DNA of 64,000 bases. Origin: the human T2T-CHM13v2.0 reference genome, Homo sapiens. The notes beneath the pieces were generated by a model, which was given only the letters and a program-made list of their open reading frames with translations, had not been told where the DNA came from and did no database searches. The DNA is taken from the NCBI RefSeq assembly GCF_009914755.1, contig NC_060931.1; one strand, 5' to 3'. Shown here one piece after another: positions 13,680 to 27,400 of the stretch. The position numbers were made by a program, and so were the translations under genes. Within the stretch, counting starts at the first letter, position 1. Each line of letters starts with the position of its first letter.

Positions 13680-14144
13680 ATTTTTTTAGCCTTTTTAGGC
13701 TACTATAACAAAATACCATAGCTATTTCTCACAGCTCTGGAAGCTAGAAAGTCCAGCATCAAGATGCCAGCTAATTTGGTGTCTGGTGAGGCCCTCCTTT
13801 TTGATTCATAAACAGCCATATTCTCACTGTGTCTTCCCATGGCCACAGTAGTGAGAAAGCTCTCTGAGGTCTTTTATTCAGCATAATAATGTGCTGTACA
13901 GGTTTGTAGCCTCGGAGCAATAGGCTATACCCTATAACCTAGGTACACAGTAGATTATCTCATCTAGGTTTGTGTAAATACATTTTATGACGTTCACAAG
14001 AACTAAGGGCACTTATCCCAATCACAAGTGCTCTGCCCTCATGACCTAATCCCCTTCTAAAGCTGCCACCACCTAAGACCATCACACTGATGATTAGGTT
14101 TTAACATCTGAATTTGGGGGCACACAAACATTCAGACCACAGCA
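13680..14144 (-). mobile_element. MLT1A-like MaLR LTR carrying a 127-bp Tigger3 fragment
   Basis: ctataacaaaataccatag..tctggaagctagaaagtcc..caaacattcagaccacagca. Confidence 0.85.
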
Positions 14145-14150
14145 CCTCTA

Positions 14151-14551
<401 letters not shown>

Positions 14552-15069
14552 TTAAATAAGATGTAAAATATAATGATTATTCATTTATATGTAGGTCCTT
14601 TGTGAATGTTACTAGTGCTGCTTTGGTACCATGATACACACATATACATATATGATTAGTACATAAGAATGAATATATGTGTATAAATACACATGCAAGT
14701 ATATTTTTACAATTTTTTCTTCAGAGGTTATATTATACATTTTACTTTATAGTTATTTTTTCTAAATTATTTAGTAAACATTTTTACTGTTTACTGTGTT
14801 ATTCTAATCCTGACTCTCTATAACCGTGGATAAATTACTTAATATCTCCATATCCAGTTCTTTTGACTTCTCAAATCAAGTTACTGAGAGTACTTTTTTC
14901 ATAAGATTAAACAAGGATTTATAAATCTTGTATTACTCTTGATCTCATTAGCCTATTTTTTCTTTGTAACTCATCACGATTAGATATTATTGTATTTATT
15001 TATGTATATTTCATAAAAATAGTTTTAAGATTTTTAAATGCTTAGAATTAAAATAACTGGTGCCAGAAT

Positions 15070-15195
15070 GGGTGTGGTAGTAAAAACCACTGATTCCTGG
15101 GGTCAGTGTCCTCCTGTGTGACCTTGAGCATGTTACTCAAGTAACTCTCTGTGAGTCATTTCCTCATCTGTAAAGTGCAAATAATAATTATTGTA
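15070..15195 (+). mobile_element. MIR
   Basis: Core ctgtgtgaccttgagcatgttact..tttcctcatctgtaaa. Confidence 0.75.
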
Positions 15196-15239
15196 TTAAT
15201 ATACATCACCTAAAATATTTTTGTTCATTTTTCACTTAG

Positions 15240-16440
15240 AATGCTTTTGAACTCATTTTTGTTACTGGATAAACCATCTTAACAGTTTTTTGGTACATAC
15301 TCTGTACTCTCATTATCAGTTTATGAGGGTAGTCATTTTTCTGCATTTTCAGGCCAATATATAACATTGTCATTTATGTAAAAACATTTTAAATTTTGGA
15401 AATCTTTTAGGTATCTTTTTCTTTTAGCTTCTTTATTCCTGAGTAAATTTTATTTTAACACACATTTATTGGGTCTTTAATATTTTCTTTTGCAAATCTA
15501 TTTACTATATATGCTCCACATACTTTCTATTGGAATACAGAATTTTTTCTTTTGATTGTGAGAACTCTTCATGAAATAATAACATTGACTTTTTTATGTC
15601 ATTTATGTTGCCAATGTTTCCACCTTTTGTCATTTATCATTTTATTAAAAATATTATTATGTTTATGCATATTTTTGACTCAAATGTTATAATTTGTATA
15701 GTAAAATTTTTAAATTATCTTCTCTTTTGTAAGGATAGGCCTTCTTCAATTTAAGGTTATCAAGATCTATGTATATTTTCTCCTAATACATTTTAAACTT
15801 TCTATGTTGGAACAATTTTGACTTACAAAAAGTTACAAAATAATATGAAGAATTCCCAGCCTCCTTGAATGTTAGCATTTTATTACACTTGCTTTATTTT
15901 TTCTCTCTATTTCAATTAAGCATGATTTCTAATGCTTTTATTGTCTGGCTTTTTTCATTAAAATTTTAATCTATATAGTTTATTTTCTTATATGGTATAA
16001 ATTAAATGCCTAACTTCATTTTTCTTTTTCAATCATTAGCAACTTGTTCCAAAACTATCTTTAAATAATTCATCTCCAAATTTGCATGGCCACATTAACC
16101 AAATATAAAAATTGTATATTCTTTCATATTTGTTCCACGATTTTGTGTTCTGATTTATTTATCTGACTATTTTGACAACAAAATTGCACACTTTTAATTA
16201 TTTTTGTTCAATAGGACAGCACCCCCTTATTACTTACCTTCAGAATTATCTACACTATTCTTATATATTTAATCTGTTAAACAAATTTTAGAATTATTTT
16301 TTCAGTTCAATTTATCCAAAAGAATATGCTACTAATGTTTTTATTAACATTATATTAAATGAATACATAAATTTTTGGGAAATTTATATAGTGACATTAT
16401 TGTATGTTCATCTTCAGGAATGTGATAAATCTTTTCCATT
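15240..16440 (-). mobile_element. Highly decayed L1ME-like ORF2 3' region
   Basis: T-rich antisense L1 blocks (ttctattgg..gattgtgagaactctt, ttttaatctat, aaattttagaatta). Confidence 0.6.
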
Positions 16441-17300
16441 CAAATTATGAGGACTTCATTCCCACGTTTGGAAACAAATTGAGGTTCTGTTTTTACTCAA
16501 TTCTGAAGAGGCTGGCCCAGAAGATTTCTCAGTGAAAGAAAATACTGAATATTTCCTCCTTCTGCCTAGTCCTCAATCCCTCCTTCATGTTTATATTTTT
16601 CCAGTCTGAATCCCACCCTTTTATTCTTATAGCCAACTTGCTTGTTCTGGAAGATTTCCAGTGTCTCTTCCCTTCCTTGTCTACTCTGTTGAAGAGAAGC
16701 ATAACTTGAAGTTATTTGTTAAGGGTATGATTAATTTGTAAGTAACCTATTATGACATGGCATAAAGAAAAACTCATTAAATATGACACATTATATCATA
16801 TATAGTTAGGAAATAACCAGGCTTTGACTTGACCAATAAACACATAGCTTGATTAAGGTACTATTTTTTTCCATGCTCAGTAAATTTAACAATTGTAAAT
16901 TATTGCCAGTGAAACAACTAATTAATTTGGTCCAAACAATGAAATGCACCGATAACACCTCAATTAACCTTCTTTATTTCATTCATTAGTAAGATTTGGA
17001 AATGTGTGCTTTCTATATTTATTAAATTCATGGTACACATGTTAGAATTGGCCTGTAAAGGTTATTTATGAGTGTGTATGTTTGTTCTTCATCCCTAGAA
17101 GAACTGTAAAATCCATCACAAGAGCTGTCCCCACTTGTTTACTTGTATCCTTAATATTTGATGCACACAAGACTCTCAGGAGATGCTGTGAATTACTACA
17201 ATGTAGACTTGCTGTTTGTTCAGCTTCGCCATTAAATCTGACTCCAAGGCTTGATGCAGATTGAAGTGTCAACTTCAATGCACCCAGGATTTTGGTTTTA

Positions 17301-17905
<605 letters not shown>

Positions 17906-18664
17906 TTAGCATTGCCTTGTTTAAATAATTTTAGTGGGCTTTGGAGTATAGCATGGTTGTCTGAGGCCTGAACCTTGGGCAATTAGGGTGAGGGTTGGTA
18001 CTCATGACGGGGGTTTGGGCTTGAGATTAGTTCACGTATCAAAGGCATGCTCCAGGGATACTTCTTTGCTGTCTCTAGGAATTTGCAAGCCTTGGCCTCA
18101 AGGCCCCAGATGTCAACACATCAGATACAGAAACTATTTAATAGAAAACATGGTTAATGCAGTTGGCAAACTGGAATTATCCTTTTTTAAACATTTGCAG
18201 GCAAGGCAATTTATATACAGATGAAGTTGTTGAGAATTCTAGACTCTGAAAATCCCCCTTACTGAAGGTTTCCCAACAGCAACTGATCATTTGAGTTAAG
18301 CATCCATCTCCAAGCTTCCCTTTAGTTGAAATGTTTAGAAGTTGGAAATATTCTGGTAAAATTTAACTTATCAAGACTAATACCTTTGTGTGAGTTATTT
18401 GGTTACAGCTAGTTTTCTTTGTGAATTCCACAAGAGTGGAGCTGAACTGAGAGCCACTTAAGAAGGTTGATAATAAAGAAAGACCTAGAATAGGGATATT
18501 GAAGTCATATTTGATCCTTTCACTATTCTTTAGAAAGTGTGCCTTCTTTTTAGAAGTGGTTTTATGCTGCGACATTAACTCTGGAATTTGCCTCCTACTG
18601 ACAATGAACATTAGAGAATTGCTTTTTACATCTTGATAGCAGTCATACTTTATTCAGGCTTGCA

Positions 18665-18745
18665 TTTACAGTGCTTTTGCACAATGACTGGTGTATATTA
18701 GGTGCACAGTATGTCTTTTTGACTGAAGGACTAAATAAATAAATA
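18665..18745 (+). mobile_element. L2 3' tail fragment
   Basis: cagtgcttttgcacaatgactggtgtatattaggtgcacagta followed by a tgaa/taaa-type tail. Confidence 0.55.
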
Positions 18746-21004
18746 CGAATAATATGTGCATCAGACTCAGATATCTGTTCTCTAACACTTCACTAAGCAG
18801 TTTCTTTACAAATTGTCCAGTCTCTACTAGTATTTCTCCTGTGAAATCTCCTAGTTTCCATATTCTTATAGTTTGTTAGGCTAAGTCAGAGAATAGGGAA
18901 TAGTGTGACTATTATAGTATCTTTGAGAATTTGAGCATTACAGAGAGTAGTGATGTAGCACTAATTGACTCAGTTTGCAATTATTTTTCTTTTATAATAG
19001 AGCTGTGATCAAGGGAACAATAAAAAATATTAACTCTGTAATGCACCAAATAACAGCATAAAGTGTGAAAGAGCAGTTATACAAGCAAAGAAATGAAGAG
19101 TGAAAGAAATGCACTCAGGTTCACTTATTAAGCATTATTGTCACTATGCTTTTATCTAAATTTATGAAAAAATAGTCACAGAATTTGATGTGATATACTG
19201 ATTTTTTTACTCAGGTTTTTAGTTTCCCACAACTCAAAGAAAAATAGACTTAAACTTTTTAGAGATTCAAATGTGAATGACTAAGAGGAGAAAATTGTGA
19301 TGGTTGGGGAATGAGCAAGTGAGGTAGAATTTTTTCTCCTATATTTCCACCTACTTTCAATTTTGTTCTGTCTCGGTTGTGAGCAGAGATCTAAGAAATA
19401 AAGAGATGGCACAAAAATGATGGAAATCTTGTAACTTGGACTCAGTATTAACAAACTGTGTGACTTGTACCTTTTGTCTTTGTTTTCTCCATTTTAAAAA
19501 TTATGGAACTGCATGAAATGCTCTCTAGTATCCTTCATGGCTTGACTAGCCTATGATTCTACTATTCATCAGGTAAGTTAGTACCCTGAAAATGAATAGA
19601 CTCACAAAACAATAAGGGAAAAGGTTGAAGTTCCCATATAACACTGTGAAATACCTGCCTAGACTATGAAGCCAAACTGAAAAACAGTTCAAAAATTGTA
19701 CCTTAAGATTTTAAGAAAAGGAAGGGAAAGGGAGTGTGTACTTCATGCAAAGCTTCAGTTGCAAAATATTTTAAATCTTCAAGCTTGGTATGCACTGCTT
19801 ACTAAATTATAATTGCCTACAAAAAGAAATTTGAGATGAGCAAACTAAATATTTGTATTTATAATACTGAATAATAACACAAGCACAAAAACATTTTAGT
19901 ATTCTAGAAGTCAGGATCCAATAACTGAAGATGAGAAATTCTTGGGTCTTGTAGGCAAGCAAATTATTTTAGCCTAACTTCTCCTGTTTCAAGAGCAAGT
20001 CCCTGAAGATGTAGAGAAAAATAAATTATTTCAATCTTTTTTACTTGGAATCCCCCCCTCCCCTCCTCCCCACACACAAATACGAGGTCAGAATTGCCAT
20101 ACATTTCTAAACTGGTGAAATTCCAATTAATGCTCTGTTTTATTTTTCACTAGGCAGGTTCTAAATGATAAATGTTTATGAGCTTAGGCCTAATATTTGA
20201 AAAAATCTGCTATAATAAGCAGTCCAATATGTGCCAGAAACTTATAAGGAAAAATAATGAAGTCAATGAAGTGAAAAAGAAAAATGAATTAGTAGAAAAT
20301 AGGGGATACATAATGCATCAAAACATTCCCATATAGAAATGCATCATATATTACCTTGTCATATTTAAGCAGTTGTAAATATTTTTAAGGAGATCTCCCC
20401 TAGAATTTGCATAGGAACTTATATTCTCTATAACAAGAAAAGCAACTGAGCACAAGAGATGTAATTTTATGTTTATCTCTATCTTTGTCCTTACTTAAAA
20501 CAAATCACAGTCAAAAGAGAGGTAGCAGAGTAAAACCTCCTAAAATGCAGAAGGTCTAAAGTTGGAAGCTAGGGAAAATAGCAGGAAAGGATACTGCAAA
20601 AATATAATTAAAAAAATAAACGTAAGACTTTGTACTGTTAAGAATTCAAAGGAATTTCTGGTAAGCAAGATTGAGAGCTTGTTACTACTGGAGTGGCGTT
20701 TGATATTTTGGTGACTTTCAATTCAATGTCACATGGTACAACAATGGCATCAGCAGCTGATGTGTTTGGTCCTCTGGCTGTTGGTAATCTATACTTCTTT
20801 TCTCAGGAAAAAAGCACTTGTAAGGTTAATAATCTAATTTAATGTAATATAAGGGAAAGGTTAATAATGTCCAATATCTTCTGAAGATAGTTTGGCTTGT
20901 CAAACAGTTATGTGGACATTAAAAGAGAAGGTTAATGCGCACTGTTCCAGTTTCATTCTGAAGAAGCAAGAGCCAACTCTGGGTTAGACAGGGGAACTTT
21001 ACAA

Positions 21005-21145
21005 GGATTCTCTCATTTATTCCTGTCAACAATGGTATGATGTAGACTTTATCATTATTCCCATTTTATGGATAAGAAAATTAAAACTTGGTGAGGTTAA
21101 ATAGCTTATCTGATGCAAATGCTATAGTTGGGTCTGAACCCAGTG
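21005..21145 (-). mobile_element. MIR
   Basis: tctcattta..cccattttatggataagaaaattaaaact..gaggttaaatagctt. Confidence 0.75.
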
Positions 21146-21187
21146 AAATTATTCCAGATTCCCAACATACTATCCTGTGTCAGATGC

Positions 21188-21633
21188 TGTGAAAAAACAA
21201 ACAAACAAACAACAACAACAACAAACCCGCACTGGACATTTGTTAAAAATGGCAGAGAAGACTTTAAGACTATTGCATCAAAACTTAAGACTATTGCAAT
21301 AGGGGAGAAAGATTGAACTCAGCTCTGAATACAATACGGACATGCAAGGATTTATACCCAATGGGTAGAGTGAGAGAGTGAATGGAAAATTACTAATAGG
21401 AGCTTGGTTTAATATAAAGGGTGGACGAGGAGAGGAACTTAATTAGGCATCAAGGTGGAGGAAAGAGCTTGCCTGAAATATCAATGGTAGGGGAGATAAT
21501 TGACAAACTATTTTATCAGGATTCTTTGCTGAAGCTGAGCTCAGCAGGTGAAGGAAGGGGAACAGGGATGAGGCCTGGTGAAAAAAAAAACAGTTAAATG
21601 AACTTGTCTTGGTCAAGGAGAGAGTTTCTGTCA
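21188..21633 (-). mobile_element. Solo ERV1 LTR (MER90/MER110-like)
   Basis: Minus strand starts tgacagaaactctctccttgaccaag; block gactattgcaataggggagaaagattgaactc; TG..CA termini. Confidence 0.7.
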
Positions 21634-24411
21634 AAGTTAGAGTTCAGAATGGGAAAAACACAAATATATAATTGTGAGGTTATTTTGTATGATAATAGGC
21701 TTTAGAAAACTCTGGGTCCTCATTTCCCCAGTGGTCCTTCTTGTCCTGATAAATTACTCATACTCGCAGGAAACCCTGACATATCAGTACTCATTTTGAC
21801 ATGCGAGAGGGACGTAAGGAAAAATAATGTGAAAATGTTCTATTTTTTTCATTGCATAGTTTAATATTTCTTTCATTTAGGTACAACCTAATTCTCTGGA
21901 TTTTGTGTCTCTTTCACACTTTCCACTCTCCTCCCCATGTAACTCAATCTGTTTTGTTTTTAGGCTGTTTTCAAAATAGAGAAAAAAGAAAATTTACTCT
22001 TGTTTTTTTTAAACGTAGAGTTACATTTTCAACTTTATTTTTAAATCATAATTAGGTTCTTAAAATGTTTAGTTATCCTACTTTCTTAAAATGCAAGTGC
22101 TATAGCAAAAGATAAATATATTCAACTATTTTAGGATATATACAACCTTAAGTTATCTGTGAAAGCCAGATGAGTTCTGGAGACATTGGTATGCAAGATC
22201 ATGCCCCTGAGACTATTTGTTTTCCAAAGCTCCTTCATAGCATCCAGTCCTCAAACAACAAACATTCTTTTGCTATTGAAACTGGTTCAGAACAGAACAG
22301 AAAGAACAAGGCTTGCTGGTTGAAGCATTGGAGGTAAGCCGACCATTTGCTTCACAAAGCAAAGCTTCACCCTACCTCTTCAAGGCGCTTTCATCTGAAA
22401 ACTGGATTTGGAACCAAGTAGAAACAAGCTCTCTCCAGTGGGATTCATCACTTCCTGATTTCAGATGGGCACAAACAATAGACTCTTGTATTTTCCTGCT
22501 ATTCACGTTTTTAGTCAGGTCTGAAACTGAAGGTGTGCTTAAATAATGATGGCTTATACACATTTCTTTTTCTCCAACCTGGGATTCAGAGTCATACTTT
22601 CCCAGATAAAGGTGATACTGTTTTTCAGGTCAGTTCACTCAAAGATGGTGCAAAATAATATGAGGAAAAAGTCCTTCATAATGAGACAGATAATTGGAAG
22701 CATACAGTCTCTGCTGATCCTTTCAATGCCCTGTAATTTTTTTTTCTTGATTTTTAAAAGATGTGGATTTCTTTTCTGAGGGCAGGGTATAGGGAGGAGA
22801 GCTCTTTGGTTGTCCAAATGCTATTAAAATCAGATAATTTCATCTATGTGACTTTCAGGAAGCCATTTGTTTCCCATATTCTCATTTGTGTTTAATTAAC
22901 AAAGACTGCAATTGTTTACACCTATACACACTAGAAGTTTGAAAGTAGTGCTGCTAATCATCAATGTGACACTTTCATCTCCATTGCTTTTTAAGGATGG
23001 TCAGTCTCTTTTGAAATGGAAATAAAAAAATACGAACTAAAACTAAAGCTACACACAAGTGCTGTTTTTGCCTCCAAATCTTCATAAATGTAAAACCCCA
23101 TTATTGATCTGACTTATCATTTCAACAAATCCTGGGATGCTGCAACCACAAATGTACATTGCTCTTGCTCACAAGAGAGTCTGTTCAACTCTCCCTTCCT
23201 TAGCCACCTACTCATATGTGAAAGATATCTGTGGACAAAACACTAAAAGCATCGAACTGATAATGTTTTGGGCCAGCTCATGCCAGAACACTCTTAAAGA
23301 CCAATTTTATTTTCTTTGTAATGTAAGATCATGTAGGAACAATATTCTCCTATCTTTGAAAGAAGTTTTCTTAAAAGACAATAGTTAAAGAAGTGCTAAT
23401 ATTACAGGTGGGTATTCACTTTTTTCTTATCACAACCTATTAGAAATAAGAATTTAAAGACTGGGTCTAAAGCAGAAAACAACCAGAGATAAAAATAATG
23501 AAAATTATGAAGCACTGATGTACCAATTGTATTAGGTAGGTAGAAATCTAAATATTTAGTAAGCATTATATTAAATACCATATAAGATAGTACCTAAGTA
23601 AAAGACATATTTAATCTTTGCGGACCTCTTATATTCCAGTCACTTATACAAGACAAAGAAAGTAAAAGCCTAGTTTCATTTGTTATTAGTCCTGAGAAGC
23701 AGGTGAACAGTAAACTAGAAATGTTCATTCCCTCTTTCTCCTTCTGTCTTAGCATCTATGCTCCAGCACTTTCTATTCCTCTCTTTACAGTGTGTAGAAG
23801 GCTTATAAAGACTTACATTGACCCAGCAACAACTGGAAGACATTAAAAGGCTTTTTCTTTTTAGAAGCAAAATCTTGATACAAAAACTTTATAGAAGAAA
23901 GAGAACAAATACACGTTCTATTCTATAAGACCTTCTTTATGATAAGGCTGAACATCATGTTGATTTTTGAATGCTATCAATCATTAATAATGACCAATTC
24001 AAAACTATTTATGGTGAGTAGGGGTAAGGAAATAGTGTCAACATCTTCATAATTTTCTATCAGATGCCTCAAGCTTGAGAGATCTGTTATATTTGGAAGA
24101 AGCCTGGCCTGGCAATTTAAAAATCTAAATCCAAAATTTAACAAAACATAACAAAAACCTCACCATTAAGCAGGCATTGCCTAAGTTTTAGTGGTTAAAG
24201 AAATCACAACCCAAGAAGTATCTTAGTGCTTGTATGAGGACATTTTTTAAAATGAGCATCATTGTTAATGATAAGTATCTTACAACATGCTATATTTGTT
24301 GAATAAATAAATCCTGAAATTGAGTTTTATTTGGTATCTTTTAATTGCACAAATAATGTATTTTGTTTGTGGCTGCTATAGAGAAAAAAATTGATTTTAA
24401 CTCTAGTAATT

Positions 24412-27400
24412 TTTTAATTTTTAATTTTTGTGGGCATATAGTATGTGTATATATTTATTTATTACATGAGATGTTTTGATACAGGCATGAAATGTCAAAT
24501 AAGAACATCATAAAGAATGGGGTATCCATACCATCACGCATTTATCCATTGAGTTGCAAACAATTCAATTATACTGTAAGTTATTTCAGAATGTACAGTT
24601 AAGTTATTGACTAGAGTCACCCTGTTGTGCTATCAAATACAAATTAATGTCTTATTAATTATTTCTATTTTTTTGTACCTATTAACCATCTCCACCTTTC
24701 CACCAGCACTCTGCCACCCTTCCTAGCCTCTGGTAACTATCTTTTTACTCTGTAGTCCATGAGTTCAATCATTTTGATTTTTAGATCCCACCAATAAAGG
24801 AGAACATGAGATGTTTGTCTCTCTGTATCTGGCTTATTTGACTTAACATAATGATTTCCATGTCTATGTTGTTGCAAATGACTCGGTCTTATTCTTTTTT
24901 TTGGGTGTGGCCGAATAGTACTCCATTGTGTATATGTACCACATGTTCTTTATCCATTCATCTGTTGAGGGACACTTAGGTTACTTCTGAATCTTAGCTA
25001 TTTTAAACAGTGCTGCAACAAACATAGAAGTGTAGATATCTCTTTGATATACTGATTTCCTCTCTTTTCAGTATATACCCAGCAGTGGGATTGCTGGATC
25101 ATATGGTAGCTCAATTTTTACTTTTTGAAGAACCTACAAACTGTTCTCCATAGTGGTTGTACTAATTTACACTCCTACCAACAGTGTATGAGGAAGGGTT
25201 CCCTTTTCTCCACATCCTCGCTAGCACTTGTTATTGCCTGTCTTTTGAATAAAAGCTATTTTAAATGGGGTGAGATAATATCTCATTGTAATTTTGATTT
25301 ACATTTCTGCAATGATGAGTGATGTTGAGCATCTTTTCATATACCTGTTTGCCATTTGTATGTGTTCTTTTGAGAAATGTTTATCCAAATCTTTTGCCCA
25401 TCTTTTGATTGGATTTTTAAATTTTTTCCTACAGAGTTGTTTGAGTGTCATAGCTGGAGGTCTTAGATTTAAGTCTTTAATCCATTTTGACTTGATTCTT
25501 GTAAATGGTGAGAGATAGGGGTCTAGTTTCATTTTTCTGCATATGGATATACAGTTTTCCCAGCACCATTTACTGAAGAGACTGTGTTTTCTCCATTATA
25601 TGTTCTTGGCACCTTTGTCAAAAATGAGTTCACTGTAGGTGTGTGGATTTGTTTCTGGGATCTCTATTCTGTTCCATTGGTCAATGTGTCTGTTTTCATG
25701 GCAGTACCATGCTGTTTTGATTACCACAGCTCTGCAGCATAATTTAATGTCAGATAATGTGATTCTTCCAGTTTTTTTTTTTTTTTTTGCTGAGGTTTGC
25801 TGTGGGTATTCTGGGTAGTTTGTGGTTTCATATAAATTTTAGGATGATGAGTTCATGTCCTTTGTAGGGACATGGATGAAATTGGAAATCATCATTCTCA
25901 GTAAACTATCACAAGAACAAAAAACCAAACACCGCATATTCTCACTCATAGGTGGGAATTGAACAATGAGATCACATGGACACAGGAAGGGGAATATCAC
26001 ACTCTGGGGACTGTGGTGGGGTGGGGGGAGGGGGGAGGGATAGCATTGGGAGATATACCTAATGCTAGATGACGAGTTAGTGGGTGCAGCGCACCAGCAT
26101 GGCACATGTATACATATGTAACTAACCTGCACAATGTGCACATGTACCCTAAAACTTAAAGTATAATAATAAAAAAAAATTTTAGGATTGCTTTTTATAA
26201 TTCTGTGAAGAATGTCATCAGTATTTTGATAGAGATTGCATTGAATCTGTAGATTATTTTTGGTAGTATGGACATTTTAACAACATGGATTATTCCAATC
26301 CATGAACATGGAGTATTTTTCCATTTTTTGATGTCCTCTTCAATTTCTTTCATAAGTGTTTTAAAGTTTTCATTATAAGAAATCATTCACTTCTTTGCTT
26401 AATTTAATTCTTAGGTATTTAATTTTATGTGTGGCTATTACAGATTGGGTTACTTTTTATTGTTTTCTCACATTGTTTATTATTGGCATATAGAAGTGCT
26501 ACTGATTTTTGTATGTTGATTTTGTATCCTGCAACTTTAATTAATTTGTTTATCTGTTCTAATAGTTTTCTTGTGGAGTCTTTAGGTTTTTCCAAATATA
26601 AGATCATATCATCTGCAAACAAGAATAATTTATTTGACTTCTTCCTTTCTAATTTGGATGCCCTTTATATCTTTCTCTTGTCTGATTACTCTAGCTAGGA
26701 CATCTAGTACTATGTTGAATAACAGTGGTGACAGTGGGTATCCTTGTCATATTCTAGATCTTAGAGGAAAGTCTTTCAGTTTTTCCCTATTTGGTGTGAT
26801 ACTAGCTGTGGGTCTGTTGTATACAACTTTTATTATGTTGAGGTATGTTCCTTCTATACCCAGGTTTTTAAGGGATTTTATCAAAGAGGGATGTTAAACT
26901 TTATCAAATACATTTTCAATATCAATTGAAATGCTCATATGGTTTTTATCCTTCATTCTGTTGATATGATGTATCACATTGATTGATTTGCATATGTTGA
27001 ACCATCTTTACATCCCAGGGATAAATCCCACTTGGTCATGATGAATGATCTTTCTAATGTATTCTTGAATTTTGTTTGCTAGTATTTTGTTGATGATTTT
27101 TGCATTAACATTCATCAGAGGTTTTGGCTGCAGTTTTCTTTTTTTGATGTTTCTTTGTCTGGTTTTGGTATCAGGGTAATACTGACCTCTTAGAATGAGT
27201 TTGGAAGTATTTCCTCCTCCTATATTTTTTAGAATACTTTGAGTAGAATTAGTATTAGTTGTTTAAATATTCGGTAGAATAGAGCTTTGATCTTGTTACT
27301 TGATATTGGTCTGTTCAGATTTTGAATTTTTCATGGTTCAATCTTGGTAAGTTATATGTATTTAAGAATTTGTCCATTTATTTTGGATTTTCCAATTTAT

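Noticed and set aside
19565-19580. Perfect splice donor cag|gtaagt
   Set aside because: No convincing partner acceptor; isolated donors are expected by chance
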